IMG/VR virus record: IMGVR_UViG_3300033562_000103 | Span: 1 to 42,886 of that record | Strand: one strand, 5' to 3' | Length of the DNA stretch: 42,886 bases | Origin: a virus | Lineage: Duplodnaviria; Caudoviricetes | In this document: positions 17,350 to 26,425 of the stretch, in pieces | Layout: each line of letters starts with the position of its first letter | Numbering within the stretch: position 1 is the stretch's first letter | The notes under the pieces: model-generated | Databases searched by the model: none | What the model was told of the DNA's origin: nothing | Seen by the model: only the letters and a program-made list of their open reading frames with translations | Made by a program: the position numbers and the translations under genes

Positions 17350-18315
17350 TTATAAAACCTCCAATTCTAAACTCATGGTATGTAGCGTTCCTATATTGTG
17401 AGTACATGAATTTATTAAAAATTTACCACTTATTTTATTTATTGGTTCTTCTATTTCTATTACCCTATTTGCCCTACATTCGTCATTACCAAACATCGTT
17501 ACTGATATTTTTTCTTTTAATTTATTGAGTTCTTTTAGTTGATTTTTTGCAATGCTTTGCGATAGTGAATAGTTGTCTTTGTCAAGGTATTCTAATTTTT
17601 GTAGTTTTCCGTACTTTCCTATGTTGGTTACGTCCTGTTCATATGCAAGCGACTGTATCTTATTTTTAGCCTCTCCTGCTACCTTTACGGCGTTATAAAG
17701 ACCATCTATTGATACACTATGACTAGTTTCGTTTAGATACTTGTTAATGTTTTCTTTATCAACAATCATATCAGTGGTATAAGTTATTACTGTTTCATCA
17801 AGTTTTTCCAAATAAAATAATTCATTTCTTATTTCCCACCGGTATTTTTGTCCTTGCTCTTTTTGTGCCAATTCTAACATTTCGTTGATTATACTTGACA
17901 ATGTTCCTCTTGAAACGTTTTTAAACATTGTAGGTATCTCAATTATTGATCCTATCTTTAGTTCGTAATCAGTCAATATTCTAGCTATGTTTGCGCTTAC
18001 CGTTGCGTTAAATTGGTAAATATCTTCATTTTTATTAAGATACCATCCAAAATCTTGCGCTGAATATGATATTTTACCTCTGCCTTTAATTAATTTTGTA
18101 ATTATAACGCCTTTAAAGTATACTTTTTCATTGTTCTTTAAGATAATTATATCACCTTCCGACAACGTGGTTTTTAATATATGCACATCATCGTATACCA
18201 TGTCAAAAGTTACTTCTTCTGATATTTCCTTTGCTGTGCTTCTTCTCGTTATTTTACCAACAAAATTTGTAATGTCTACAAGGTCTGTTTCTTCTTGTTT
18301 GTATAACTTGTGCAT
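17350..18315 (-). CDS. Baseplate hub (XkdQ/YqbQ-like)
   Basis: DIT...YLNKN...YNAVKV...KYGKLQ...H...MSLEL; synteny. Confidence 0.85.
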   Translation of the reverse strand: MHKLYKQEETDLVDITNFVGKITRRSTAKEISEEVTFDMVYDDVHILKTTLSEGDIIILKNNEKVYFKGVIITKLIKGRGKISYSAQDFGWYLNKNEDIYQFNATVSANIARILTDYELKIGSIIEIPTMFKNVSRGTLSSIINEMLELAQKEQGQKYRWEIRNELFYLEKLDETVITYTTDMIVDKENINKYLNETSHSVSIDGLYNAVKVAGEAKNKIQSLAYEQDVTNIGKYGKLQKLEYLDKDNYSLSQSIAKNQLKELNKLKEKISVTMFGNDECRANRVIEIEEPINKISGKFLINSCTHNIGTLHTMSLELEVL

Positions 18316-18324
18316 CTTTTCCCC

Positions 18325-18966
18325 TTACGGCAGATATTTTTTTAATATAAATCCACCTTTTATTTTAATCCATTCCCCTCCAAATTTACTGTATACCTTT
18401 ATTCTATTTATGTCTTGCGGAGTTATTCCTTTTGGATAATTTAATCCCGGGCCACTCCTTATATTGTTTTTTATAAGGTCAGAATTTTGATAACTCGCAT
18501 CCTTAAATGACGTTGCTGTGTCGGAAGTTGTTGTTTTTATCTTTTTAGTTGTTTTCTTTTCGTATTTTTCCGCGCGGATAAACTCTGTAATTGATAGCGA
18601 ATATTCAATATCTCCACTTCCATCTTTAATACCATAATCAAGTTTTGATATTACACACCTAAGAGATACGTTCAAATTACTAATTGTTATATATAGTGGT
18701 TTCCTCAACGCTCTCCATGATTCTATTTTATCTACGTATTCCATAGCTTTCAGTGTGTTGTCTTTGCTAAATCCGTACTCTCTAAAAGGGAAAAATGATG
18801 AAATTTCCAACGTCCTATTGCCTAACAACCCAGTTAAATTAATATCTCCTTGCCCAATTGTTTTAAAGTTTTCAATTTCCTGCGGGGAGTTAACAATTAT
18901 TGACTTTGGAATTACAGGGAATTTAATAAATTCGCTTTCATCCCCATTGTATAAAAATATTTCCAT
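18325..18966 (-). CDS. Tube initiator (XkdP-like) with C-terminal SH3b-like domain
   Basis: FPVIP, ISSFFP, GDIEYSLSITEF; C-terminal NIRSGPG...WIKI..GFI. Confidence 0.78.
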   Translation of the reverse strand: MEIFLYNGDESEFIKFPVIPKSIIVNSPQEIENFKTIGQGDINLTGLLGNRTLEISSFFPFREYGFSKDNTLKAMEYVDKIESWRALRKPLYITISNLNVSLRCVISKLDYGIKDGSGDIEYSLSITEFIRAEKYEKKTTKKIKTTTSDTATSFKDASYQNSDLIKNNIRSGPGLNYPKGITPQDINRIKVYSKFGGEWIKIKGGFILKKYLP

Positions 18967-18975
18967 TATTACCTC

Positions 18976-20784
18976 CTATATGTTAGCCAACCTAACTTGC
19001 AATTGCGTTACTAATTCGTCAACTTGCATTCCTCTTGCATCTATGTTTATAGTGACTTTGTTTTCTTTTGAAGTGTTTCCGCTTAACATTTGTTTTGTTC
19101 GGTCGGCAGGTATTATTGACGTACCGCTTGGCATTATCCGCATTTCTCCACCGCGCTCGTTTACCATACTAGCACCGCCACCGAAATAACTTGTTCCATT
19201 AGCATTAGCAGGAATTGAAGCAGTAGGTAACTTTGCACCGCCTATTCCACCAAATGCGCTTGCTACCGCACTACCCATTTTTTTAAGACTAGACCATACA
19301 CCATCAACAAGATTCCTAAACCATTCTAACTTGTTGTATGCCAACATTACTGCACCGACTAGCACGCCAATACCAACAACTACTGCCCCTATCGGGTTAG
19401 CAATCATTGCCATATTTAATAACAATTGTGCAGAAGTCATAAGTCCAGTAGCAACCGTTGCGCCTCCTGTTACCATGGTATATCCAACCCATGCAGCGGA
19501 ATAGATTGCCATTGCTATGTTTTTAGCTACCATAATTCCTGCAAGTAACGCTTCAACTACTACGGCTCCCATTACCGCTGCTTTGTATGTTGCGTAAACC
19601 CCTACTATTAAACCGATTGTATCCATATGATCAAATATTAAACCAGTATAATACATTAATTCATTAGCGACCAAAGGGATATAATCTCCAATGGATTTTA
19701 AAGCGGTGGTTACAGCAGGAGCAAATTTGCCAACTAATGTAATTTCTAATGTTTCAAATGCCCCTTTTACTTGTTCTAATGCTCCATACATGTTATTTGT
19801 TTGTGTTTCTGCCATTTTCTTTGCTGCACCATCTGAATTTTTAAATGAATTAGTCAATGTATCTAGTTGTTCCGCTCCTGCATCAACCAAAGCTAACATA
19901 CCACTTAATGCTTCTGTTCCAAATATTTGCGATATCGCTTGATTACGCTGTTCTTGTGTAAGATTTTTTGTGTTATTCTTCAACTCTCCAACTATGGTAG
20001 TTAATGATTTCATGTTTCCTGCACTGTCAAAGGCGGTCAAGCCTATGGATTCCATTGCTCCCCTTGCTTCTTTAGACGGGTCTGTAAGACGAATTATTGC
20101 ACCACGTAACGTAGTGCCTGCTTGACTTCCCTTTATACCACTATTTGCCATAATGCCAATTGCAGCAGACATTCCTTCTAATGATTGCCCTGCTGATTTT
20201 GCTACTGGTGCAACATACTTCATTGCTTCGCCAATGTCAATAATTCCTGCATTAGTGTCTGCTGCTGTCTTTGCTAATACGTCTGCAACATGCCCCGCCT
20301 GTGCTGCTTCGAGTCCAAATCCTCTTAACGAACTGGTAGTTATGTCGGCAGCCGTTGCCATATCCGTCTGCGCACTTGCTGCAAGATAAAGAGTACCTTC
20401 AATTGCAGACAAAACTTCGTCTGTTTTAAAACCTGCGCTTGCTAAATTTGCCATAGCTTTTGATGCTTCGCTTGCACTTGCAGGTAACACCCTACCCATT
20501 TCCATTGCTTTGTCACTCATTAACTTTAATTCATCTTTGCTTGCTTCTGAAATTGCCTGTACATTTGACATTTGCTTTTCAAACTCCATAAATGTAGTAG
20601 TTGCATGACCAATGCCTACCGTTATTCCCAACATACCGCCTGCTGTTGCTATTAGACCTCCAATTTTAGAACCTGCCGAACTTGCGGAACTTCCTAAACC
20701 GTTTACTGATCCAGTAGCTTGGCTTAATGCGCTCTGGAATCCTGCTATGTTTAGAGACAATATACCACCTAAATTAAACGCCAT
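18976..20784 (-). CDS. Tape measure protein (TP901-family core)
   Basis: FEKQMSNVQA, GIKGSQAGT.LR, ANPIG repeats, NERGGE; start MAFNLGG after AAGAGG. Confidence 0.93.
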   Translation of the reverse strand: MAFNLGGILSLNIAGFQSALSQATGSVNGLGSSASSAGSKIGGLIATAGGMLGITVGIGHATTTFMEFEKQMSNVQAISEASKDELKLMSDKAMEMGRVLPASASEASKAMANLASAGFKTDEVLSAIEGTLYLAASAQTDMATAADITTSSLRGFGLEAAQAGHVADVLAKTAADTNAGIIDIGEAMKYVAPVAKSAGQSLEGMSAAIGIMANSGIKGSQAGTTLRGAIIRLTDPSKEARGAMESIGLTAFDSAGNMKSLTTIVGELKNNTKNLTQEQRNQAISQIFGTEALSGMLALVDAGAEQLDTLTNSFKNSDGAAKKMAETQTNNMYGALEQVKGAFETLEITLVGKFAPAVTTALKSIGDYIPLVANELMYYTGLIFDHMDTIGLIVGVYATYKAAVMGAVVVEALLAGIMVAKNIAMAIYSAAWVGYTMVTGGATVATGLMTSAQLLLNMAMIANPIGAVVVGIGVLVGAVMLAYNKLEWFRNLVDGVWSSLKKMGSAVASAFGGIGGAKLPTASIPANANGTSYFGGGASMVNERGGEMRIMPSGTSIIPADRTKQMLSGNTSKENKVTINIDARGMQVDELVTQLQVRLANI

Positions 20785-20796
20785 ATTACACCTCTT

Positions 20797-20834
20797 TTTA
20801 AAAATAAGCCATAGCAATTTAGCTACGGCTTATT
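20797..20834 (-). terminator. Hairpin/terminator between chaperone and tape measure genes
   Basis: AATAAGCCGTAGC-taaatt-GCTATGGCTTATT followed by Ts. Confidence 0.6.
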
Positions 20835-20840
20835 ATCTAC

Positions 20841-21002
20841 TTATTTCTTCTTTTTACTATCATAATAGTTAATTATTATCGCCTTATACATTGCGAATCT
20901 ACATGGATCGTTCATTACTTCTAGTAAAAATTCATCACTGTGTCCGCGCAAGATAAAAAAATTCAAAAAATGAAAGTCGTTATCTTGCTTTATTAGTTTT
21001 TT
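20841..21002 (-). CDS. -1 frameshift extension of the tail assembly chaperone (gpGT-like)
   Basis: Slippery A-AAA-AAC at 20996-21002 before the stop; the -1 frame stays open as KLIKQDNDFHFLNFF...YYDSKKKK. Confidence 0.75.
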   Translation of the reverse strand, partial: KKLIKQDNDFHFLNFFILRGHSDEFLLEVMNDPCRFAMYKAIIINYYDSKKKK

Positions 21003-21352
21003 AAGTCTTTAACCAAATCCGGTTGTTTGCTACCGATGATTGCAAGAGATAGCTTACCTACTTCCAAAGCTGTGAATAATACATCTACAATCATGTAAGG
21101 TTTTTTACCTTTATTAAACACTTCTTGCAGTTGTGCATTTTTTAAGTCTGGCTTAATAACATTGTTAAAAATAAGAGAAATATCAACATCAATATCATCT
21201 AGTTTTCTAGCCTGTACAATTTCCGGTCTAGATGCAACCTTATATTCTATATCACTATCCAAACTTTCGACATACATTTCATTTACTTCACTTTTCTTAT
21301 CTGCTAACGCCTGTTTCATTTCAATTAATTCTTGAATACTTTTAATAGTCAC
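20993..21352 (-). CDS. Tail assembly chaperone (XkdN-like)
   Basis: PDLKNAQLQ...F...EV...KN ending; lies between tube and tape measure genes. Confidence 0.85.
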   Translation of the reverse strand: MTIKSIQELIEMKQALADKKSEVNEMYVESLDSDIEYKVASRPEIVQARKLDDIDVDISLIFNNVIKPDLKNAQLQEVFNKGKKPYMIVDVLFTALEVGKLSLAIIGSKQPDLVKDLKN

Positions 21353-21385
21353 TTAAAAACCTCCGTTATTTTTATTACTAATTAA

Positions 21386-21826
21386 TTATACCACAGGGAT
21401 AAACTCAGGGTATTTGATGTCAGAAAAAGTGTGACCGAACGGAAATTCTCTTTCTAGCACTGTACCTACTTCGAATTGCGCGATAGTAATTTCATTAAAC
21501 CAACAATTATCCATTTGAACTGATTCTCTGCCATAGGCATCCGGATCGTCTAGCGTTACAAATAATTGGAATCTATTGTCTTTTCCTTCTTTAAATTCAT
21601 TAATAAATTCCTGTTCTCTACTGTAAATCTTGTTGATTACTATTGAACCTTCACATGCTATTGAAGTAATCTTGCTATCTTCATCATATGATCCTGCCAT
21701 TTGGATGGTTTCTCTATTGATGGTTGCTTTTGACTCTACAGACTTAACTTCCGCCCATAGATTGCCATTCATCCATAGTTGACCTTTGCTACCACTAATA
21801 ACTCTTTGTCCTGGAGTGTTAGCCAT
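21386..21826 (-). CDS. Tail tube protein (XkdM-like)
   Basis: ISGSKGQLW, LDDPDAYGRE, EFPF. Confidence 0.9.
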   Translation of the reverse strand: MANTPGQRVISGSKGQLWMNGNLWAEVKSVESKATINRETIQMAGSYDEDSKITSIACEGSIVINKIYSREQEFINEFKEGKDNRFQLFVTLDDPDAYGRESVQMDNCWFNEITIAQFEVGTVLEREFPFGHTFSDIKYPEFIPVV

Positions 21827-21844
21827 TTACATATTCCTCCCTAC

Positions 21845-22912
21845 TTATAAGTTAATTTGTATGTTAAAATCTTCCATAGAATCCACTGGTTTAATATTAA
21901 TCATCAAAAATACTTGGTCATTAGTATTATATTTGTCAATTTGAGCGTTAGTCATATCTTCCGTTTTAACACCCAGCCCATCGAGATAAATCTTTTGCCG
22001 TTCGGTGTCAATTTTGCAAATATTGTTATACTCCGGGTCAAGGGTTACATCTTTTTCCAATAATGATAGATAAGAATTAATTGCAGCAATCAATAATAAT
22101 TTGTTGTCGTAAATATTTAGCCATTTACCAACATAGTTATCCTTGATTGTATCCGTTAAATCATCTCTAATCATATCGACAGTTTCAACAATGCGAATCT
22201 TTTTAAATACTGCACCCTGTGTTGCGGTGGTTGTTGTCATACTATTTACGCCACGTGCGATTTTAATCTTTTCTCCATCGTTAATTAGAATCAATTTACC
22301 TGCATCAATTGCCGCGCTTCTTGCATCATCGTCAGCTAGTTCGTCAAATCCTTCAATTTCTGGCATTGCTTGGTATGTTAACGATCTATCAATCGGCAAT
22401 CCTGCTGTAATTCCTGCAATTCGTGACGTAAACTTAGTTTTTGAGTACTTAACTCCGCCCACTTGCACGTTGTCAGAATCAAAATTAATTACTCCCATAT
22501 CATCCGCGACAATGCCTGCTCCAACTAATTTATACGTTTTTTTATCAATATTTCTTTTCGATTTTACCCACGTTGAAATAGTTGTCATATCTCCACTTGT
22601 TGCTGTCGGCATAGCTAAGTAATTCCAACGCCTATTCCCTAAGTTTTGCAATGCTGTATTTAAAACTGGCGTGGTAGTGCTAATTCTTTCTACATATATT
22701 TTGCGTGGAATCCCCATTAAACAAAAAGTAATTAACTGTTTGTTTTCCGCTGTCCAATCATTTCCAAGTTGGTCAATGCTGGTATAAATAAAACTGTTTT
22801 TAACCGCTTGAGTATCATCAAGTAAAATCAATGCTACAATTCCTTTTTGTGATCGTTGGATTAAGGTAGCAGCTTTTGTTTGAAAAATAATATTTAGTTT
22901 TGGTAAACCCAT
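21845..22912 (-). CDS. Tail sheath protein (XkdK-like)
   Basis: MGLP..I.F, RSQKGIVA, KIARGVNS, KIRIVE..D.I.DD, YVGK. Confidence 0.93.
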   Translation of the reverse strand: MGLPKLNIIFQTKAATLIQRSQKGIVALILLDDTQAVKNSFIYTSIDQLGNDWTAENKQLITFCLMGIPRKIYVERISTTTPVLNTALQNLGNRRWNYLAMPTATSGDMTTISTWVKSKRNIDKKTYKLVGAGIVADDMGVINFDSDNVQVGGVKYSKTKFTSRIAGITAGLPIDRSLTYQAMPEIEGFDELADDDARSAAIDAGKLILINDGEKIKIARGVNSMTTTTATQGAVFKKIRIVETVDMIRDDLTDTIKDNYVGKWLNIYDNKLLLIAAINSYLSLLEKDVTLDPEYNNICKIDTERQKIYLDGLGVKTEDMTNAQIDKYNTNDQVFLMINIKPVDSMEDFNIQINL

Positions 22913-22925
22913 TTAATAACCCCCT

Positions 22926-23504
22926 TTAAATCTTAATATAACCATTATCTCTTAATGCTACAATTTCGTCAGGTGTACATCTAATATAAAAACCCCCTTC
23001 ATTAGTCTTAAAAACCTCACCATTACTAGTAATTATAACACATAAGTTACCTATTACGTTTTCGTTTATATGCACGTATTGCATGATTTGGAATTGATTA
23101 ATATACGTTTGTGTTACTTCATTTTCATTGTACCATGTAAGATTAAACATAGCGTGCATTACTTTATCTATTGTATCAAATTCTAATTCTTGAACATTTA
23201 GGTTTCTGTCCAATACTTTTATGTCAGTATTAATTACCGTTTCCAAGTTGTTCATCATGTTAAAATTATTTCCGTTTGTTTGTAAATCTTTTTTTTCATC
23301 CGAAAAATAACTAATATCAACCAAAACTCTTTGTTCTCTAAAATACTTATTAAAATTATTTGACTTCAAAGGTTTTGTATTGATGTGAAAACATGGTCTT
23401 TCTAGTTTTTGAATAATTTCTTCTGTATATATTTTATGTGTAGGAAAATTTGTTTTTAATATTTTGCTTATTCCGTTGACCAAATCATTAAATTTAATAC
23501 TCAT
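22926..23504 (-). CDS. Tail terminator-like protein (DUF6838-like) with C-terminal extension
   Basis: IY.EEI.Q..ERPCF, DISYF; position before the sheath gene. Confidence 0.75.
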   Translation of the reverse strand: MSIKFNDLVNGISKILKTNFPTHKIYTEEIIQKLERPCFHINTKPLKSNNFNKYFREQRVLVDISYFSDEKKDLQTNGNNFNMMNNLETVINTDIKVLDRNLNVQELEFDTIDKVMHAMFNLTWYNENEVTQTYINQFQIMQYVHINENVIGNLCVIITSNGEVFKTNEGGFYIRCTPDEIVALRDNGYIKI

Positions 23505-23516
23505 TTTTCACACCAT

Positions 23517-23909
23517 TCAAGGATTATTTTTATTAATAAAGTCTTGAATTTCCCCTTGCAATATTTGCGGTGCTTGTTCATTCATTTCTGCCATTGCTCT
23601 TTTCAACATAAATCTACCTGCTACCCTGCCACCACCTCTTGTGGAGTGTCCAAATTCAACACTCTCTGCATAATGCATATTATTGTTTATTCCTACTTTA
23701 ACTTCGCTCGGTGTTGATTCTCGCGTTAAAAACCACGATCTCCTTAATAATCCAGTATCTACAGGTGTTAGCATTTTAACCTTAGCCAATAATCTTGCTC
23801 CAACCCTGGCAACAACCGTCCGTATAAAATTAGGAAATCTTGATTGAATCCTATCCATCACCGTTTTAAAACTCGTTACGTCCATTCTAAATTCATAACC
23901 ATCTGCCAT
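23517..23909 (-). CDS. HK97 gp10-like neck protein
   Basis: TPVDTG.LRRSW, YAESVEFGH, GRFML. Confidence 0.9.
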   Translation of the reverse strand: MADGYEFRMDVTSFKTVMDRIQSRFPNFIRTVVARVGARLLAKVKMLTPVDTGLLRRSWFLTRESTPSEVKVGINNNMHYAESVEFGHSTRGGGRVAGRFMLKRAMAEMNEQAPQILQGEIQDFINKNNP

Positions 23910-24259
23910 TACGCTTCACCTACCATCATCAGCGGTATTTCTTGATGTGTACTATACCAATATGCTTCGCCTGCCGTAAATTCTCCTACAGTGCGATCTT
24001 TGAACGTTATAACTAATCTATCGCCCGGTTTAATATCTAAATTAGTATCGCAAAACACTTTAGGATTATAACTTACCTTGTTGTCGCTTTCTGTTCTTGT
24101 TGTATTTTTACTATTGCGACTTGATTGACTAAATGCACATGGTATCAACTGCAATATTGGTACTGGCGCGTACTTTTGTTCCGTTGTTCCCCATTCATTT
24201 TCAATGTCCTGCATCCGACTAATTGACATCACATGAAAGTAAGTGTTTTTAATATTCAT
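23909..24259 (-). CDS. Head closure/adaptor protein
   Basis: IPCAFSQ, IKPGD, HQEI; synteny. Confidence 0.7.
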   Translation of the reverse strand: MNIKNTYFHVMSISRMQDIENEWGTTEQKYAPVPILQLIPCAFSQSSRNSKNTTRTESDNKVSYNPKVFCDTNLDIKPGDRLVITFKDRTVGEFTAGEAYWYSTHQEIPLMMVGEA

Positions 24260-24618
24260 TAATAATCCAACCTTCTCCAAAGATTCAATTGCCCTTGGAA
24301 GTTAATTGCAATTTTATCTAAGCTGCCAATAATTTCAGTATCGGATTTTTTGTCTTTGTAAACTATTTGATAATCACCACGAGTAATTGATTTTACTCCA
24401 TCTGAATCTTGCGTATCTGTATTTCCTGCGCTACCAATGCCGCCACATTTGATGATAACCATCTGCTCTATGATTGACTCTAGGTCACTGTTTAACGTCT
24501 CTCTGTGCGTGTATTTAAGCACCATTTTAGTATAGTAGTTTATCCAGTAGTTGATGATTACATCTTTGCTTACATCGTCTGATTTTATACCTAATAACAT
24601 TTTAATATTTTCTAACAT
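24259..24618 (-). CDS. Head-tail connector (SPP1 gp15-like)
   Basis: LENIKMLLGI...Y.H...VKSITRGD. Confidence 0.82.
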   Translation of the reverse strand: MLENIKMLLGIKSDDVSKDVIINYWINYYTKMVLKYTHRETLNSDLESIIEQMVIIKCGGIGSAGNTDTQDSDGVKSITRGDYQIVYKDKKSDTEIIGSLDKIAINFQGQLNLWRRLDY

Positions 24619-24636
24619 TTTACACCTCCTAAAAGT

Positions 24637-24674
24637 ATTATACCATAAGAAAAAGACTATATTTCTATAGTCTT
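24637..24674 (-). promoter_or_regulatory. Terminator fused to extended -10 promoter (cassette 3, upstream of the neck/tail operon)
   Basis: AAGACTATA-gaaa-TATAGTCTT-tttctt-ATGGTATAAT, then AGGAGG. Confidence 0.72.
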
Positions 24675-24913
24675 AATTGTATACCATTTTCAATTCCAAT
24701 TTCAAATAAATCATCACAGCTAACTTCCAAATCAAAACTAAAAAACTTGCTACAAAACCATTCCTTCAATTCTTTTCTAGTTGCCTTATAACTCAATTTA
24801 CTTCTAAATAGTTCTTGCTTCATTGCCGAACTTACAATATTCCTATCGTGATCGTTTTCTGATTCCATGTAAATTATGTCCAGTGATTCAAAATTCATTT
24901 CCAATTGTTTCAT
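24665..24913 (-). CDS. Hypothetical protein
   Basis: 82-aa ORF with ATGA coupling. Confidence 0.55.
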   Translation of the reverse strand: MKQLEMNFESLDIIYMESENDHDRNIVSSAMKQELFRSKLSYKATRKELKEWFCSKFFSFDLEVSCDDLFEIGIENGIQLRL

Positions 24914-25062
24914 AATTCGCCTGCATAATTTATGGTATAATCAACTAGTAAATATTCATCCATATTTTGTGGAGTAAAACCATTTTTTAATAATTCTTTC
25001 GTAAGTCTTATACGCTCACGAAAGTTTTTAAATGGGATTACTTCACATATTTTTTCGCCCAT
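24910..25062 (-). CDS. Small hypothetical protein (50 aa, not in ORF track)
   Basis: MGEKICEVIPFKNFRERIRLTKELL...; AAGGAG RBS. Confidence 0.55.
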   Translation of the reverse strand: MGEKICEVIPFKNFRERIRLTKELLKNGFTPQNMDEYLLVDYTINYAGEL

Positions 25063-25068
25063 TTTTAT

Positions 25069-25218
25069 TCACTCCTTACTCCTAATATAATATTCCAATG
25101 CCAACCTCAATAATTCACCATCTTTAATGTCCATTTTCTCTGCTAGTTTTATTGCTTTTTCTTTCAATTCTTTTTCTAGTCGGAATGAAAAGTTTACGTC
25201 TTTGTTTGTTCTTGCCAT
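25069..25218 (-). CDS. Ribbon-helix-helix (CopG-like) regulator (49 aa, not in ORF track), probably leaderless
   Basis: MARTNKDVNFSFRLEKELKEKAIKLAEKMDIKDGELLRLALEYYI; TATAAT 6 nt before the ATG and no RBS. Confidence 0.75.
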   Translation of the reverse strand: MARTNKDVNFSFRLEKELKEKAIKLAEKMDIKDGELLRLALEYYIRSKE

Positions 25219-25227
25219 GAGATAATT

Positions 25228-25265
25228 ATAAACTATTTGCATGCTTTTGTATACAAATAGTTTAT
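25228..25265. promoter_or_regulatory. Perfect 12-bp inverted repeat over the RHH promoter (operator or terminator)
   Basis: ATAAACTATTTG-14 nt-CAAATAGTTTAT. Confidence 0.6.
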
Positions 25266-25272
25266 GTGTTAA

Positions 25273-25464
25273 TTATCTAGCTATAACGTACCATCCATTT
25301 TGCCAATAATCTTCTGTTCTCATATCCCAACCTTTTTCAAATCTATATCCTTCTTCTGAATACATTTTACCAAGTTGCATATACAGAAACTCATTGCTGC
25401 TAAAAAGATTATGAGATATTATATTTCCTTTTTTCATAGCTTCATACGCTTGATGTTTATTCAT
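25273..25464 (-). CDS. Hypothetical protein
   Basis: Likely starts at MNKHQAYEAM after AGGAG. Confidence 0.6.
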   Translation of the reverse strand: MNKHQAYEAMKKGNIISHNLFSSNEFLYMQLGKMYSEEGYRFEKGWDMRTEDYWQNGWYVIAR

Positions 25465-25486
25465 TTCATCCACTCCTAATATTATA

Positions 25487-25672
25487 TTAACAAGGATATC
25501 CTTCATGCAATTCTCCATCTTCTCTAAAGCAATAAAAAGTTTGTTGGTATTGTTCGCAGTTTTCATTTGTACATTTGTAAATATCTCCATAAACTTTACC
25601 ATCTTGGTGTGATGCTATTCTTCCAAAATAATCATCATATGCAAGTTCTTCTTCACAATATGGACAATTCAT
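25487..25672 (-). CDS. Zinc-finger hypothetical protein
   Basis: CPYC...C...C; AAGGAGG RBS. Confidence 0.65.
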   Translation of the reverse strand: MNCPYCEEELAYDDYFGRIASHQDGKVYGDIYKCTNENCEQYQQTFYCFREDGELHEGYPC

Positions 25673-25739
25673 TTTATCACCTCCTTTTATATTATTTTAA
25701 AACATTACTACGCTTCCATATTTGGCTTCTGTTGATGTT

Positions 25740-25928
25740 TTATTTGATTGTTGGTGGGTTTGTATTGGTAAATAGTTTTTCACCACAGAATGGACAATAT
25801 TCAATGTAAATATTAGCATCGCCTTCTATTACATTTTTAACTTTCATTATAAATAAAACTCCTCCACTTCTTAATATTTTTGTATCTGTATCGTTTTCTT
25901 CGCATATATGCTCATTGTTTTTCCACAT
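25740..25928 (-). CDS. Zinc-finger hypothetical protein
   Basis: IEYCPFCGEKL. Confidence 0.6.
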   Translation of the reverse strand: MWKNNEHICEENDTDTKILRSGGVLFIMKVKNVIEGDANIYIEYCPFCGEKLFTNTNPPTIK

Positions 25929-25945
25929 ATTTACACTTCCTTTAA

Positions 25946-26338
25946 TTATTTTAATAAATCAGCGTTTTCATATATGTTGCCGATAACTTCTAAACTTTTA
26001 TGAATTATTCCATAACTTTTTTCTTCGTATTCTTCGTTTTCGTATTTTCTCATAAATTTATATTCTGTCATAAACCCATTATTATTCCATATTATTTTAT
26101 AATTCACTTTTGGTTGAGATTGGTGAAAAACAATATCGTCTCCGTAAATATCAATTCCGTTTTTGTCTTTTAAACCTGTATATTGCATTAAAACACAATC
26201 ATCAAAATTAATATATCCAAATGGTTTTCCTTTTTTAGTCGCTTCAATATAAACTCTTTTATTTAAAAAATCAATTGACAATACATCAACTATTTTATTT
26301 TGGTATTTGTAAAATGCTCTAAACTTAATCTCTCTCAC
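25946..26338 (-). CDS. YopX family protein
   Basis: REIKFRA, LMQYTGLKDKNG..IY..DIV, EVIGNIYEN. Confidence 0.92.
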   Translation of the reverse strand: MREIKFRAFYKYQNKIVDVLSIDFLNKRVYIEATKKGKPFGYINFDDCVLMQYTGLKDKNGIDIYGDDIVFHQSQPKVNYKIIWNNNGFMTEYKFMRKYENEEYEEKSYGIIHKSLEVIGNIYENADLLK

Positions 26339-26425
26339 AATAAACCCTCCATATATTAACTTATTTCATAAACCTTATTTTTAATTATTCCATCACTAAT
26401 AAAGTGCATTAAATTATGATCACAG

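Noticed and set aside
25465-25602. N-terminal part of tracked ORF 25273..25602
   Set aside because: It overlaps the better-supported zinc-finger ORF; the RBS supports a start at 25464.
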